From positions 960,001-1,024,000 of the forward strand of contig CAWBEI010000002.1 in NCBI GenBank assembly GCA_963787835.1: 64,000 nucleotides of DNA. Direction: 5' to 3'. This document shows positions 1 to 9,520 of the stretch, in pieces. Positions within the stretch are counted from its first letter, which is position 1, and each line of letters starts with the position of its first letter. The DNA is from Ignavibacteriota bacterium. GTDB lineage: Bacteria; Bacteroidota; Ignavibacteria; Palsa-1295. Made by a program: the position numbers and the translations under genes. The notes beneath the pieces are model-generated. The model was not told the origin of the DNA, did no database searches, and saw only the letters and a program-made list of their open reading frames with translations.

Positions 1-504
1 GATGATGACGTCCGAGGCATCGACGGCACGCACCGGGAACTCGCGATCGCGCAGCAGCGCCTCGATGAGTTCTATGGCGAGACGTTCGCCAATGGCGAGG
101 ATGGCATCCCGCGTTCGCGGCGAAAGCTCGCGAACGATGGCAACGCCTTCGAGCAGGGCGGCAACTTCGGAGGAGATGGCCTCGAAGCGGTCGAGCAGGG
201 CTGCTTCGTCATCAATGTCGAGCGATGCGGCAAGCTGGCGGTGCTGGGCGATGGATCGCTCGAGGACTTCTTCGGCCTCGTGCAATTTGCCATCTTCGGC
301 AAGCTCTGCAGCGCGGGCAAGATGGCGCGTCGTGTGGCCGATCGCGCTCGTGACGAGCACGATACCGTGCGTCACACCGCCAGATTTCTTGACGCGGCGC
401 GCGCGGGTGGCCTCGAGCTTGTAGGCCTCGTTCAGGATCTGGACGAGCGCCTCGAGGCCACGTTTCGAGCGGGCTAATGCGCCACCAAATTTATAGACAA
501 GCAA
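1..504 (-). CDS. lysC: aspartate kinase, N-terminal part (runs off the window)
   Basis: Manual translation from TTG at 504: MLVYKFGGALAR...IVLVTSAIGHTT...ELSPRTRDAILAIGERLA...VDASDVII; KFGG and GERL motifs of aspartokinases. Not in the ORF track. Confidence 0.88.
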   Translation of the reverse strand, partial: MLVYKFGGALARSKRGLEALVQILNEAYKLEATRARRVKKSGGVTHGIVLVTSAIGHTTRHLARAAELAEDGKLHEAEEVLERSIAQHRQLAASLDIDDEAALLDRFEAISSEVAALLEGVAIVRELSPRTRDAILAIGERLAIELIEALLRDREFPVRAVDASDVII

Positions 505-509
505 TTTCT

Positions 510-544
510 AAGTCCCGAGTAATGAGGGATGAGTACCGAGTTTA
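510..544. repeat. heptamer tandem repeat (GAGTNNY)
   Basis: aagtccc gagtaat gagggat gagtacc gagttta; a similar array lies at 35344-35379. Confidence 0.55.
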
Positions 545-559
545 ACTTCTACTATAACG

Positions 560-712
560 TGTCATCCTGAGCGGAGTTCGTTTCGACGAAGGAGAAACGA
601 ACGGAGTCGAAGGATCTCTGGTCTTACTGCCAAAGATTCTTCGACTCCGCAAAACTCCCGCTCATGACCGATCATACGCGTATCGCTACGTTTTGCTCCG
701 CTCAGAATGACA
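560..712. repeat. palindromic MITE/REP-like element (TGTCATCCTGAGCGGAG...CTCCGCTCAGAATGACA)
   Basis: 17-bp imperfect terminal inverted repeats plus inner inverted pair GGAGTCGAAGGATCT / AGATTCTTCGACTCC. Confidence 0.8.
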
Positions 713-742
713 TATTATTGAATAAGTTTGTTGGAATTCACC

Positions 743-1486
743 ATGTGGAATATTTTGGAGTTCGAGGAACTTGGCTCGACGAATACTCTGGCGAGCGAAA
801 TGCTTGCTCGCGGAGAAGTGAAGCATGGTGATATTATTCAGGCGCACCATCAAAGCGGAGGCCGCGGACGCGCCGCTGGGCGCGTATGGAATGATGAACC
901 GGGTGCATCGCTGCTGATGACCGTTGTTCTTACAAAAATTCCGGAGCCGACAAATTTGCTGCAATATCGGGTTGCACTTTCGGTAATCGAAGCGCTTCGA
1001 GAAATTGATGGAACTGGAAATACTTTTCATCTCAAATGGCCAAATGATATTTTATTGAATGGGAAGAAAGCCTGTGGTATATTGCTGGAAGCGCAATGGA
1101 ATGCTTCGCAAATGCGATCGGCAGTAGTTGGAATCGGGATCAATGTTCGGCAGTCGAAATTCCCTGAAGACTTGGATGCGATCGCTACTTCACTTCTCTT
1201 GAATGGCATGGATATTACAGTGAATGAAGTTCGCAATGAGGTGATCGATAGATTGAAACAAGAAATGGAGAACCGCAACGACGACATCATCTCACGACTT
1301 CGCAGCGAGTTAGCTTGGATGGTGAATTTTCCGTCGTTTGAGTGGTCAGGTAGCGATGGCGAGAGTCTTACCAGTATTCGATACGTGGATGTTGATGAGA
1401 GCGGAGCATTGCGACTGGAACAGCCGGAAGGTTCTATCGTAACTCGGCACAACGGCAGCCTGCTGATCGGACCCTCACATCAATAA
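743..1486 (+). CDS. birA: biotin--[acetyl-CoA-carboxylase] ligase (group I, no HTH)
   Basis: STN, QSGGRGRAAGRVW, LKWPNDIL, KACGILLE and GIGINV motifs; ATG at 743 preferred. Confidence 0.93.
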   Translation: MWNILEFEELGSTNTLASEMLARGEVKHGDIIQAHHQSGGRGRAAGRVWNDEPGASLLMTVVLTKIPEPTNLLQYRVALSVIEALREIDGTGNTFHLKWPNDILLNGKKACGILLEAQWNASQMRSAVVGIGINVRQSKFPEDLDAIATSLLLNGMDITVNEVRNEVIDRLKQEMENRNDDIISRLRSELAWMVNFPSFEWSGSDGESLTSIRYVDVDESGALRLEQPEGSIVTRHNGSLLIGPSHQ

Positions 1487-1530
1487 AACTTGCGTTGAAT
1501 GGTTGATGCAAAAATTACGTTTGATTGGTA

Positions 1531-2373
1531 ATGGGATTGCTTGCAGTAGATATTGGAAACACGTCGACCACGCTCGGCCTCTTTGATGATGCCGGCAGGC
1601 TCGCACAGCGTTTCGATATTCCAACGCGAACGCTGACACATCGCGCGCTTACGCGTGAAACGCTGGATGCTCCGCTCGCTGGAATTGTCGCGCCCAATAC
1701 GGTCGCCATTGCAAGCGTTGTTCCGTGGGCTTCGGAAGAACTCATCGCCGTGTTGCAGGAGATGTTCCCGACGGCACAACAGCTTGTCATCAGTAGCAGC
1801 AATATGCCGCTCGCGATCGACTATCCTAACCCAGACGAGCTCGGGACGGATCGTTTGCTTGGGGCACTTGCGGCGTGGAAACTGCGCGGTGAACCAGATC
1901 ACCGTCCGTGTATCGTTATCGATCTTGGTACAGCGACGACGTACGATGCCATTACATCTGACGGCACGTATTTAGGCGGTGCAATCGCTCCAGGACTTGA
2001 ACTTGGCGCAGAAGCACTTGCTAATCGAGCGGCACAACTTCCTACGATCGAGCTTTCATTCCCGGCGAGCATTATTGGCAGCACCACGATAGAGAGTATG
2101 CAATCGGGGATCCTTTTTGGCGGACTCGCTCAATTAGAAGGATTCGTTGAACGATTAGGCAAGGTTGCATTCCCGAACGAACTACCGATCGTGTTTGCAA
2201 CGGGCGGACTCTCGCGGCTTCTCGAAGGACACACCGATCTTGTTACTTATTTCGATGCCGATCTTGTACTTACAGGAATTCGTATTGCTGCGGAACTCGC
2301 TCCTGTTAGTATAAATAGTGCAGACACTCTCGCTTCTGTTCCTGCCGAGCAGGAGATCCTTGTCAGCCATTAA
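1531..2373 (+). CDS. coaX: type III pantothenate kinase
   Basis: LAVDIGNT, LGTDR, DLGTATT, YLGGAIAPG and ATGG motifs; follows birA. Confidence 0.95.
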   Translation: MGLLAVDIGNTSTTLGLFDDAGRLAQRFDIPTRTLTHRALTRETLDAPLAGIVAPNTVAIASVVPWASEELIAVLQEMFPTAQQLVISSSNMPLAIDYPNPDELGTDRLLGALAAWKLRGEPDHRPCIVIDLGTATTYDAITSDGTYLGGAIAPGLELGAEALANRAAQLPTIELSFPASIIGSTTIESMQSGILFGGLAQLEGFVERLGKVAFPNELPIVFATGGLSRLLEGHTDLVTYFDADLVLTGIRIAAELAPVSINSADTLASVPAEQEILVSH

Positions 2374-2400
2374 CAATTCATAAGAAAAAATTATAAAGAT

Positions 2401-2628
2401 ATGCGCGTTGGAGATAAAGAATACGAAATACTCGTTCGCCGTCAGGGAGAAGCGGTCTATTCCGCATTTTGTCCGCAGTTAGAGCTTATTGTACGCGGCA
2501 CGGCCCACCAACAGGTCGAGGAAAAAATGAAACAGCTTATTATGGAGCGTGTCTCAAAGGGCGCAAATGGTGCAACCGGCGAAGGGCAAAAAGCCAGTGG
2601 CACAAGCATCGTCGGCGATGCTCCCTGA
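2401..2628 (+). CDS. small hypothetical protein, HicB-like N-terminal fold
   Basis: YEILVRRQGEAVYSAFCPQL..IVRG pattern; 3' end overlaps the likely priA start. Confidence 0.6.
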   Translation: MRVGDKEYEILVRRQGEAVYSAFCPQLELIVRGTAHQQVEEKMKQLIMERVSKGANGATGEGQKASGTSIVGDAP

Positions 2629-5173
2629 TTCGGTTCCGGCACTATTCGGAGTCGTAGCGCTTTCGCTCCCCTTTAAATTCCACTCTGGCGGTACGGAGGG
2701 ATTGACGTATTCCATCCCTGCTGAACTTGCAGAGCGTGCAAAAATTGGTTCCAGAGTGCTCGTTCCACTTGGCAAGCGGGAGAAGACGGGTGTACTTGTT
2801 GATGTAACGCGAGAGTCGCCGTCGATCAAAACGAAAGTTCGACCTGTTACGGATGTTTTAGATCCCGCACCTGTCTTCGATGAAGCATTCCTGAAATGGA
2901 CAAAATGGCTTGCGATGTATTACCTCACATCATGGGGTGAAGTACTCAACGCTGCATTGCCGGAAGGATTAAAGCCGGAGACAAGGGCAAGAGTGTATGC
3001 AACGGTGGGTGATTTAGAAAAAAGTGATCTAACCCCGCCGCGTGCAAAGTTGCTCAATGTGATTTCGCAGCATGCTGATGGCATATCCATTGATCGGCTT
3101 GGGAAGCTTACCAATTCAAAAAATCTCTATGCCACGCTTCATGCTCTTGAGGAATCTGGACTGATTCGTATTGAAAGACAACTTAGTAGACAAGCTTCGA
3201 TTAAGAAAGAAACGGTCGTTCAGCTTGCGCCTAATCTTTTAGTTGGTTCAGCAGAATTATCTGACATATTAAATCAACTTGAAAAAGAAGCTCCGCGTCA
3301 AGCAAATATTCTGCTAGCCTTAGTGCAACAAGCACAGATGGAGCCCGACAAGTCACTAACAGCTCCGCTTTTGCTAAAACGAGCCGGCGCATCCCAAACC
3401 ACTTTCAAGGCTTTGCGGGAAAAAGGGTTCGTCGTTACTACTCGCAGAGAAAAGAGCTCCGAAGAAATTCATGGTGGGCTATCGACCCATGACGATGATA
3501 TTTCGAAGATCACGCTTACCCACGAACAACAAAGTGCCGTTGATGCTGTTTCGAAATCACTAAAATCTGGAAAGAGTAAAACATTCCTGCTTCATGGCGT
3601 TACCGGTTCGGGTAAAACCGAAGTATATATTTCGCTTGCTCGGCAAGTGCTCTCAGAAGGGAATGGAGTTCTAATTCTCGTTCCAGAAATTTCACTCACA
3701 CCACAGCTCATTGATCGGTTTAAGCGGCGGCTGAGTTTGGCGAATGATTCGGATATTGCGGTTTTGCATTCTCGGATGTCGATCAGTGAACGTTCGGCGG
3801 CATGGCGCTCGCTTATCATGGGAAAAACGAAACTTGCTATCGGCGCACGGAGCGCGGTGTTCGCGCCCGTGCAAAACTTGAAACTCATCATCGTCGATGA
3901 AGAGCACGAAGCGACGTACAAGCAATTCGACAAATCGCCGCGCTACCATGCGCGTGATGCCGCTGTGGCGCGAGCAGCGATGATGAATGCGGTTGCAGTG
4001 CTCGGCAGTGCCACGCCAAGTGTTGAATCGTATCACAATGCCCGCGAAGGCAAATATGAATTACTCCAGCTTACCGAACGTGCAAAAAGCGCGGCATTGC
4101 CAACCGTAAAGATCGTCGATCTGCGCACGGCTGAGAATCGGCGTGATTTTGCAAAAGCGAAGATGGCACTCACTCCGGAATTACGCGAAGCCATGCGGAT
4201 TCGGCTGGAACGCAAGGAGGGAATCGTTCTCTTTCAGAATCGTCGAGGATTTGCAACCTACCTCGAATGCCAGAATTGTGGCAATCCAGAGCTATGTCCA
4301 AATTGCTCCGTCACGCTGACCTATCATCGCGCAAAGGATCAACTGCGATGCCATTATTGTGGATTCGTGACGCCTCGGCGTACTACCTGCTCCACTTGCG
4401 GCAGTGATGCGCTTCGATTGGGTGGGACGGGCACACAGCGCGTTGAAGACGATATTGTAAAAGCATTCCCAGAAGCGAAGATCGTCCGCATGGATCTGGA
4501 CACTACTTCCCGTAAAGGTTCGTATCAGAGAATTCTATCCGCCTTTGCAAGCGGGGAAGCGGATATATTATTGGGAACGCAAATGGTTGCAAAAGGTCTG
4601 GATTTCCCGCGTGTCACGCTTGTTGGCGTCGTCAGTGCAGATACAAGCCTGAACATTCCGGATTTTCGTTCGAGCGAACGAACGTTCCAATTGCTAACGC
4701 AAGTCTCTGGCCGCGCCGGACGAAGTTTGGAACTCGCCGGTGAAGTTCTCATTCAAACATTGCAGCCAATGAATGCGGCGATCGAAATGGCAGTCGCGCA
4801 TAATTACGATGCATTCTTCGAAAGCGAGATGAAGGATCGTGAATCGCTGAATTACCCTCCTTTCAGCCGATTGATCCTTATTGAATTTCGCGGGCTTCAC
4901 GAATCTGCTACCGAAGAGCACGCCAAAAAATTTGCTACACTATTCCCTCAGCGTTCATCGAATTACGAGCGCATGGGTCCTGCTCCGCCAGCCATTGCAA
5001 AGCTGCGCGGGGAATTTCGGTGGCATCTCATTATTAAAGATCTCAAGAAGCAGGATCCCAATGGCGAAAAGATTCGGCGTCTCATCACCGGTGCGCTCGA
5101 TGAGTATCAAAAGCGGTATGCTTCACCGTATGTGAAAGTTACAGTGGATGTCGATGTGCAGGGAATAGGATGA
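2618..5173 (+). CDS. priA: primosomal protein N' (replication restart helicase)
   Basis: GVTGSGKTEVY, DEEH, Cys-rich CxxC clusters, GTQMVAKGLDFP, QVSGRAGR; ATG at 2618 preferred over 2549. Confidence 0.97.
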   Translation: MLPDSVPALFGVVALSLPFKFHSGGTEGLTYSIPAELAERAKIGSRVLVPLGKREKTGVLVDVTRESPSIKTKVRPVTDVLDPAPVFDEAFLKWTKWLAMYYLTSWGEVLNAALPEGLKPETRARVYATVGDLEKSDLTPPRAKLLNVISQHADGISIDRLGKLTNSKNLYATLHALEESGLIRIERQLSRQASIKKETVVQLAPNLLVGSAELSDILNQLEKEAPRQANILLALVQQAQMEPDKSLTAPLLLKRAGASQTTFKALREKGFVVTTRREKSSEEIHGGLSTHDDDISKITLTHEQQSAVDAVSKSLKSGKSKTFLLHGVTGSGKTEVYISLARQVLSEGNGVLILVPEISLTPQLIDRFKRRLSLANDSDIAVLHSRMSISERSAAWRSLIMGKTKLAIGARSAVFAPVQNLKLIIVDEEHEATYKQFDKSPRYHARDAAVARAAMMNAVAVLGSATPSVESYHNAREGKYELLQLTERAKSAALPTVKIVDLRTAENRRDFAKAKMALTPELREAMRIRLERKEGIVLFQNRRGFATYLECQNCGNPELCPNCSVTLTYHRAKDQLRCHYCGFVTPRRTTCSTCGSDALRLGGTGTQRVEDDIVKAFPEAKIVRMDLDTTSRKGSYQRILSAFASGEADILLGTQMVAKGLDFPRVTLVGVVSADTSLNIPDFRSSERTFQLLTQVSGRAGRSLELAGEVLIQTLQPMNAAIEMAVAHNYDAFFESEMKDRESLNYPPFSRLILIEFRGLHESATEEHAKKFATLFPQRSSNYERMGPAPPAIAKLRGEFRWHLIIKDLKKQDPNGEKIRRLITGALDEYQKRYASPYVKVTVDVDVQGIG

Positions 5174-5271
5174 TCCCTGATATTGCAGGAATTCATCTTC
5201 GTTCCAAAAATTGTTGTATTTTTGCGGTTGAGTCCTTTTCACGAGTTTCATTTTCCTACTTCGAATGTCTT

Positions 5272-7137
5272 ATGAAACAATTCAAAGTCATCGCCCTTAG
5301 CGTAATTGCTATCCTTTTTGCATCTTGCAAAGCATCGCAGCCGACGGGACCGCCGACGGGTTCGACGCCTTCACTGCTGGAAGCGACACAAATACTTAAC
5401 TCGACAGACTCCATATTTCTTGCGTATTCTGCCTTGAATAATGGCAATCCCCATTTGTCAATGATGCAGACGGCGAGCTGGTTGCAAACCCAGTCGAACG
5501 TGCAATCGGCTACCACGCTGGATAGCGTCTATGTCACAATCACGTTGAAATCCGGCTTGCGGACGACTTACATGTTCGACGAAACCGATTCTGCAGGGAA
5601 CAGCCTCTTCAAAGGCGGCGAACCGGGAGGGGCTCATCTGGAGCGAGTTGGAACGCTTTCCAATCATACGATCCCGAATAAGAACGTACTGATCTATTGC
5701 GCCGGCTATAGTAACTTTTATAGCGGTAACAATGCGATCCAGACGACAGACAATATTCTTACTGGCGCGGGACTTAATGTTACGCTTCTGACGGACGCCC
5801 AGTGTACATATCAGGTCGTCAACACGTTCCCAAACTACGGATTTGTCATCATCGATTCGCATGGCTTTCCGGATGCATTTATGATCGGCACGAAAATTAC
5901 CATTAGTAATACGATTGTGAGCGATGCGCTCTTTAATGCTGCCATTGTTGCCCAAGGCGGCCAAGATATGCTAAACAAGTTATTATCTGGGGAGTTAAGT
6001 TTTTTTGATCGCATACAAGGAAGCGCTCTTCAGCCCTACTGGAGTCAAGCTTACGTTCCCAATACGGTCTTTCACCTTTTTTTAACGACCCGATACATCA
6101 ACAACATCCTGCCGCAGATGCCGAACACCGTCATCATGGGAAGTATGTGTTACAGTGGATGGCAAACGCCTTTGGGAACCGGATACACGCCGATCGAAAC
6201 CTCCTTTATGAATAGGAATCCTATCAGCTATTATTGTTTTGCGTTCGACAATGGACTTTCTGCTCCGGTCAGTGTTAGCTTTGGCAAAAATATGGAGGAT
6301 TCCTTATCGAAGGCGCTTGCCGTTGATCTGGACAGCACAAAGATCGCGAATCTTCAACCCAATCATATCTCGGAGTATTCCGATCCATATTACCCCGGAG
6401 CTCTCTACTTTAAGCATTTCGGCGCCGATGATTACAGCTTTCCCGGCGGAGATTCTTTGGTGGATCCGCGAGACGGTCAGGTCTATAAGATCGTTACCAT
6501 CGGTACGCAAAAATGGATGGCGCAAAACCTGAACTATGCAACACCCGAGGCACTGTGCTATGATAATGATCCCAATAATTGTACACTTTTCGGGAAACTC
6601 TATCCCTGGAAGATCATGATGAATGGGGCAAACGCCGTTACGTCAAACCCAAGCAACGTTCAGGGACTTTGCCCTAAGGGCTGGCATGTGCCAAGCCTTT
6701 CTGAATGGCACCAGATGTTCGCTTCAATTGGTGCTTCGTTTCTACCAGATAGCACTGCATACGGCCCCAGCATCGAGGGTCTTAGATCCACTTCGACAGA
6801 CACGAACAATTGAGGTTGGTTTCCTGGTTTATCCACTATCTCTACTAACAGCACGGGGTTTTCCGCACTGCCGGCAGGGACCTTTTTGTGGCTGCAACGT
6901 GGAAGTAATGTGATTCCCGTATTCTCTGGTAAGACGATGGGAACCTACTTTCTTACCACCAACATCGACTCGATAAAATTATCAAATGATACAACTTATG
7001 CTCAAACTGTGGCCGTGTGGATTGGCGACAATGGTGATGCAGCGGTGATCCAATTGAACCCTACCTACTCTTGGAATCCACTCGATCCTAATCAACCCGC
7101 GATAAACGGTTCCTGCCGTTGCGTGAAGGATCCGTAA
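5272..7137 (+). pseudogene. lipoprotein with putative clan-CD peptidase-like domain and C-terminal FISUMP (Fib_succ_major) domain; interrupted by in-frame TGA at 6811-6813
   Basis: Lipobox LFASC; DPRDGQVYKIVTIGTQKWMAQNL and GLCPKGWHVPS. The frame continues after the TGA (GWFPGLSTISTNSTGFSALPAG...SCRCVKDP*), matching the paralog at 26083-27921. Confidence 0.8.
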
Positions 7138-7198
7138 AAAAAATAGATTGACCGAAACAAGAGGCAACCCATTTCCATACATTTGTTAAAAAATATCG

Positions 7199-7206
7199 TA
7201 TATTTG
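7199..7206 (+). promoter_or_regulatory. Bacteroidota-type sigma70 -7 element TATATTTG
   Basis: Matches TAnnTTTG, 35 bp upstream of the ATG at 7242; similar elements at 5217-5224 (+), 20564-20571 (+) and 27964-27971 (-). Confidence 0.55.
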
Positions 7207-7241
7207 CGCCTGTTCTTTTTCACTATTTCTTTTTAACTACT

Positions 7242-7802
7242 ATGAAAATACGAATTGCGTTGGTTTTTGCATTTTTGATAGTTCTCGCCACGGGTTGTAT
7301 GAAGAAAGGCGGCACAGCAGATAATGGTGGCGGGATGTCCACTGCCGACTCCATGAAGGCGGCATGGACTGCACTTTCCGCTGCTTTCGATGCAGCCAAA
7401 GTCGATGAATTCGACAAATACATCAGTTCGAATATGGTCGAGCATAATCCCATCCCTGGCCAGGAGCAGGGTCTTGCTGGCCTTAAAAAAATGGCTACCG
7501 AAATGAAGGCTGGAATGCCTGACCAGAAGACAACGATCGAAGCCATGTACGTCGATAGCAACATGCTTATTGCTCGTTCAAGCTTAACGGCGACCAACTC
7601 CGGCCCGATGATGGGAATGCCTCCGACAAATAAGAAAATGACCGGGGTTATGGGTATTGATATTGCACGCTGGGAGAACGGCAAATTCGTCGAGCATTGG
7701 GGTCTTTTCGACGTAGATGCGATGAAGATGCAGCTTGGCCTGATGCCTCCGCCTGGGGCCCACGCACCCGACGCTGGAAAGATGGACGACAAGAAGAAGT
7801 AA
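7242..7802 (+). CDS. SnoaL-like / ester cyclase family lipoprotein (NTF2-like fold)
   Basis: Lipobox LATGC; MGMPPTNKKM, GIDIARWENGKFVEHWG. Confidence 0.8.
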   Translation: MKIRIALVFAFLIVLATGCMKKGGTADNGGGMSTADSMKAAWTALSAAFDAAKVDEFDKYISSNMVEHNPIPGQEQGLAGLKKMATEMKAGMPDQKTTIEAMYVDSNMLIARSSLTATNSGPMMGMPPTNKKMTGVMGIDIARWENGKFVEHWGLFDVDAMKMQLGLMPPPGAHAPDAGKMDDKKK

Positions 7803-7826
7803 CCTTTTTTCCTTATTGAATTGCAG

Positions 7827-7855
7827 CAAAGCCCGCCACCTGGCGGGCTTTGTTT
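7827..7855 (+). terminator. rho-independent terminator
   Basis: CAAAGCCCGCCA-CC-TGGCGGGCTTTG followed by TTT. Confidence 0.75.
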
Positions 7856-7978
7856 CTATGCTTCGCACATCGTTAATGCAAAGATATTGTGAACTTCGCA
7901 GGGAAAGTGGGGCTTTTTTCTGGGAGAGTTTCGTTTGTCACTCCCCGGTCAAGATTTTTGGTCACTTTTTAGCATAGA

Positions 7979-8830
7979 ATGCCGCTTTCCATCTCTGTAA
8001 TCGCAATTTTGCTTGGCATCGTCGAAGGACTTACGGAATTTCTTCCGATCTCCTCGACCGGCCATCTTATTGTGTTCGATCGCCTGCTTGGTTTTCAATC
8101 CATGCTGCAAAACCCCGATAAAGCAGAGCTCTTCGAGGTCGTAATTCAACTCGGAGCTATTCTCGCCATCGGAGCGATCTACCGGAAGAAGCTGATGGCA
8201 AGTATTCCGCCGTTGTCACCAAAGCTGTTCCAGCCCTTTCTTCAAACGAAGCGAGGTCAGCTGTTTATTAACCTCATCGTGGCATTTCTTCCCGCAGCGA
8301 TCATTGGGTTCCTGACGCATAATTTCATCACGAAATATCTCTTTGGGCCGCTCACCATTGGCATTACGCTCTTAGTCGGCGGGATCATTATCATCATCAT
8401 AGAACAAGTGACGAAAGATGAGAACAGGCACATCACGGTGGAGTCGATGACTTGGAAAGATGCGCTTGTGATAGGGTTTGCCCAAGTGCTTTCACTCATT
8501 CCGGGCACCTCACGCTCTGCAGCAACGATCATGGGTGGAATGTTGCATGGAGTAAAACGCGCTTCCGCGACAGAATTCTCATTTCTGCTGGCATTTCCTA
8601 CGATGCTTGCCGCTTCTGTGTATGAACTGGTGAAATATCATAAACTCCTCACGAGCGATATGTTGGGAATGATCTCTATAGGATTTATTACATCCTTCGT
8701 TGTGGCGTTAGTAGTCGTTGCATGGTTCATTCGTTACGTGCAACGCCATCCGTTCACTGGTTTTGGGGTCTATCGGATCCTTTTTGGCGCATTGGTGCTG
8801 GCGCTGTGGGCTGCGCGGTCGCTGGTATAA
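7979..8830 (+). CDS. uppP: undecaprenyl-diphosphate phosphatase
   Basis: GIVEGLTEFLPISSTGHL, QLGAILA, PGTSRSAATI, ATEFSFLLA. Confidence 0.96.
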   Translation: MPLSISVIAILLGIVEGLTEFLPISSTGHLIVFDRLLGFQSMLQNPDKAELFEVVIQLGAILAIGAIYRKKLMASIPPLSPKLFQPFLQTKRGQLFINLIVAFLPAAIIGFLTHNFITKYLFGPLTIGITLLVGGIIIIIIEQVTKDENRHITVESMTWKDALVIGFAQVLSLIPGTSRSAATIMGGMLHGVKRASATEFSFLLAFPTMLAASVYELVKYHKLLTSDMLGMISIGFITSFVVALVVVAWFIRYVQRHPFTGFGVYRILFGALVLALWAARSLV

Positions 8831-8841
8831 AAATATCTTAC

Positions 8842-9396
8842 TTAGCGAGGATCGTACGTTTTCTGTTTTGCCGGTTGGTTGGTATTCTTAGGTTCTGGCA
8901 ATATTACTCCGTTCATCTTATCGGGCGATTGGAGGAGTACTCGATATCTTTGATGAACTGCCAAACCGATATGGCGATAGTTTTTTGATGGTGGATTCAG
9001 AAATTCGAATCGTTTGCCAGTTGATGTTTTCACATACCACTTGCCTGACGCGGTGCGATGGATACTGCCATCGATCAGCATCGGTGAAATAACGGGATCG
9101 GTAGGATAGCGCACTGAATCCAGGCGCTCCAGCACACGCACGATCTCCCCCATCATGCAGACCGAGGCCGCGCCTTTTGCCGGAATAGCACGCACCGCGA
9201 CATGCTTTCCCTCGACGTTCAAGGCATGGATGATCCCTGTATCGCCAATTAGCTCGAACCGTTTGCCCGCATCACCCTGCAAATACCAGCAGCCTCCTTC
9301 AAGAGTCGTGTGGTGCATTGTGCCGGAGAGGGTCATCTCCTGAGCAACCGTGGGTATGGAAAAAGATAGAAAAAGTGTGATAAGAAGTGATTTCAT
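8842..9396 (-). CDS. secreted hypothetical protein with two OB-fold-like repeats
   Basis: Signal peptide; EGGCWYLQGDAGKRFEL and second repeat GKWYVKTSTGKRFEF. Confidence 0.6.
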   Translation of the reverse strand: MKSLLITLFLSFSIPTVAQEMTLSGTMHHTTLEGGCWYLQGDAGKRFELIGDTGIIHALNVEGKHVAVRAIPAKGAASVCMMGEIVRVLERLDSVRYPTDPVISPMLIDGSIHRTASGKWYVKTSTGKRFEFLNPPSKNYRHIGLAVHQRYRVLLQSPDKMNGVILPEPKNTNQPAKQKTYDPR

Positions 9397-9520
9397 AGAA
9401 TATCAATACGTTCTTTTGAATGAGAAAGTAACAGCGAATCCATTCCTATAGTATCTGAACTTCCATATCGAAAATTTTGTAAATCAATGCAGACGGATCA
9501 TCTATCATCGGAAGTCCCCT

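Noticed and set aside
2-477. Plus-strand ORFs 2-424 and 241-477
   Set aside because: Antisense shadows of the minus-strand aspartate kinase.
6811-6813. Genome-wide TGA recoding or selenocysteine
   Set aside because: TGA ends priA, dnaA and others at the expected positions; the paralog has no Cys at this site and no SECIS was evident.
5272-7137. Active diversity-generating retroelement acting on the FISUMP genes
   Set aside because: No reverse transcriptase or template repeat in the window. The two 3' ends are too divergent to be a TR/VR pair, and A-to-N mutation of AAY codons cannot give TGA. A DGR elsewhere in the genome is not excluded.
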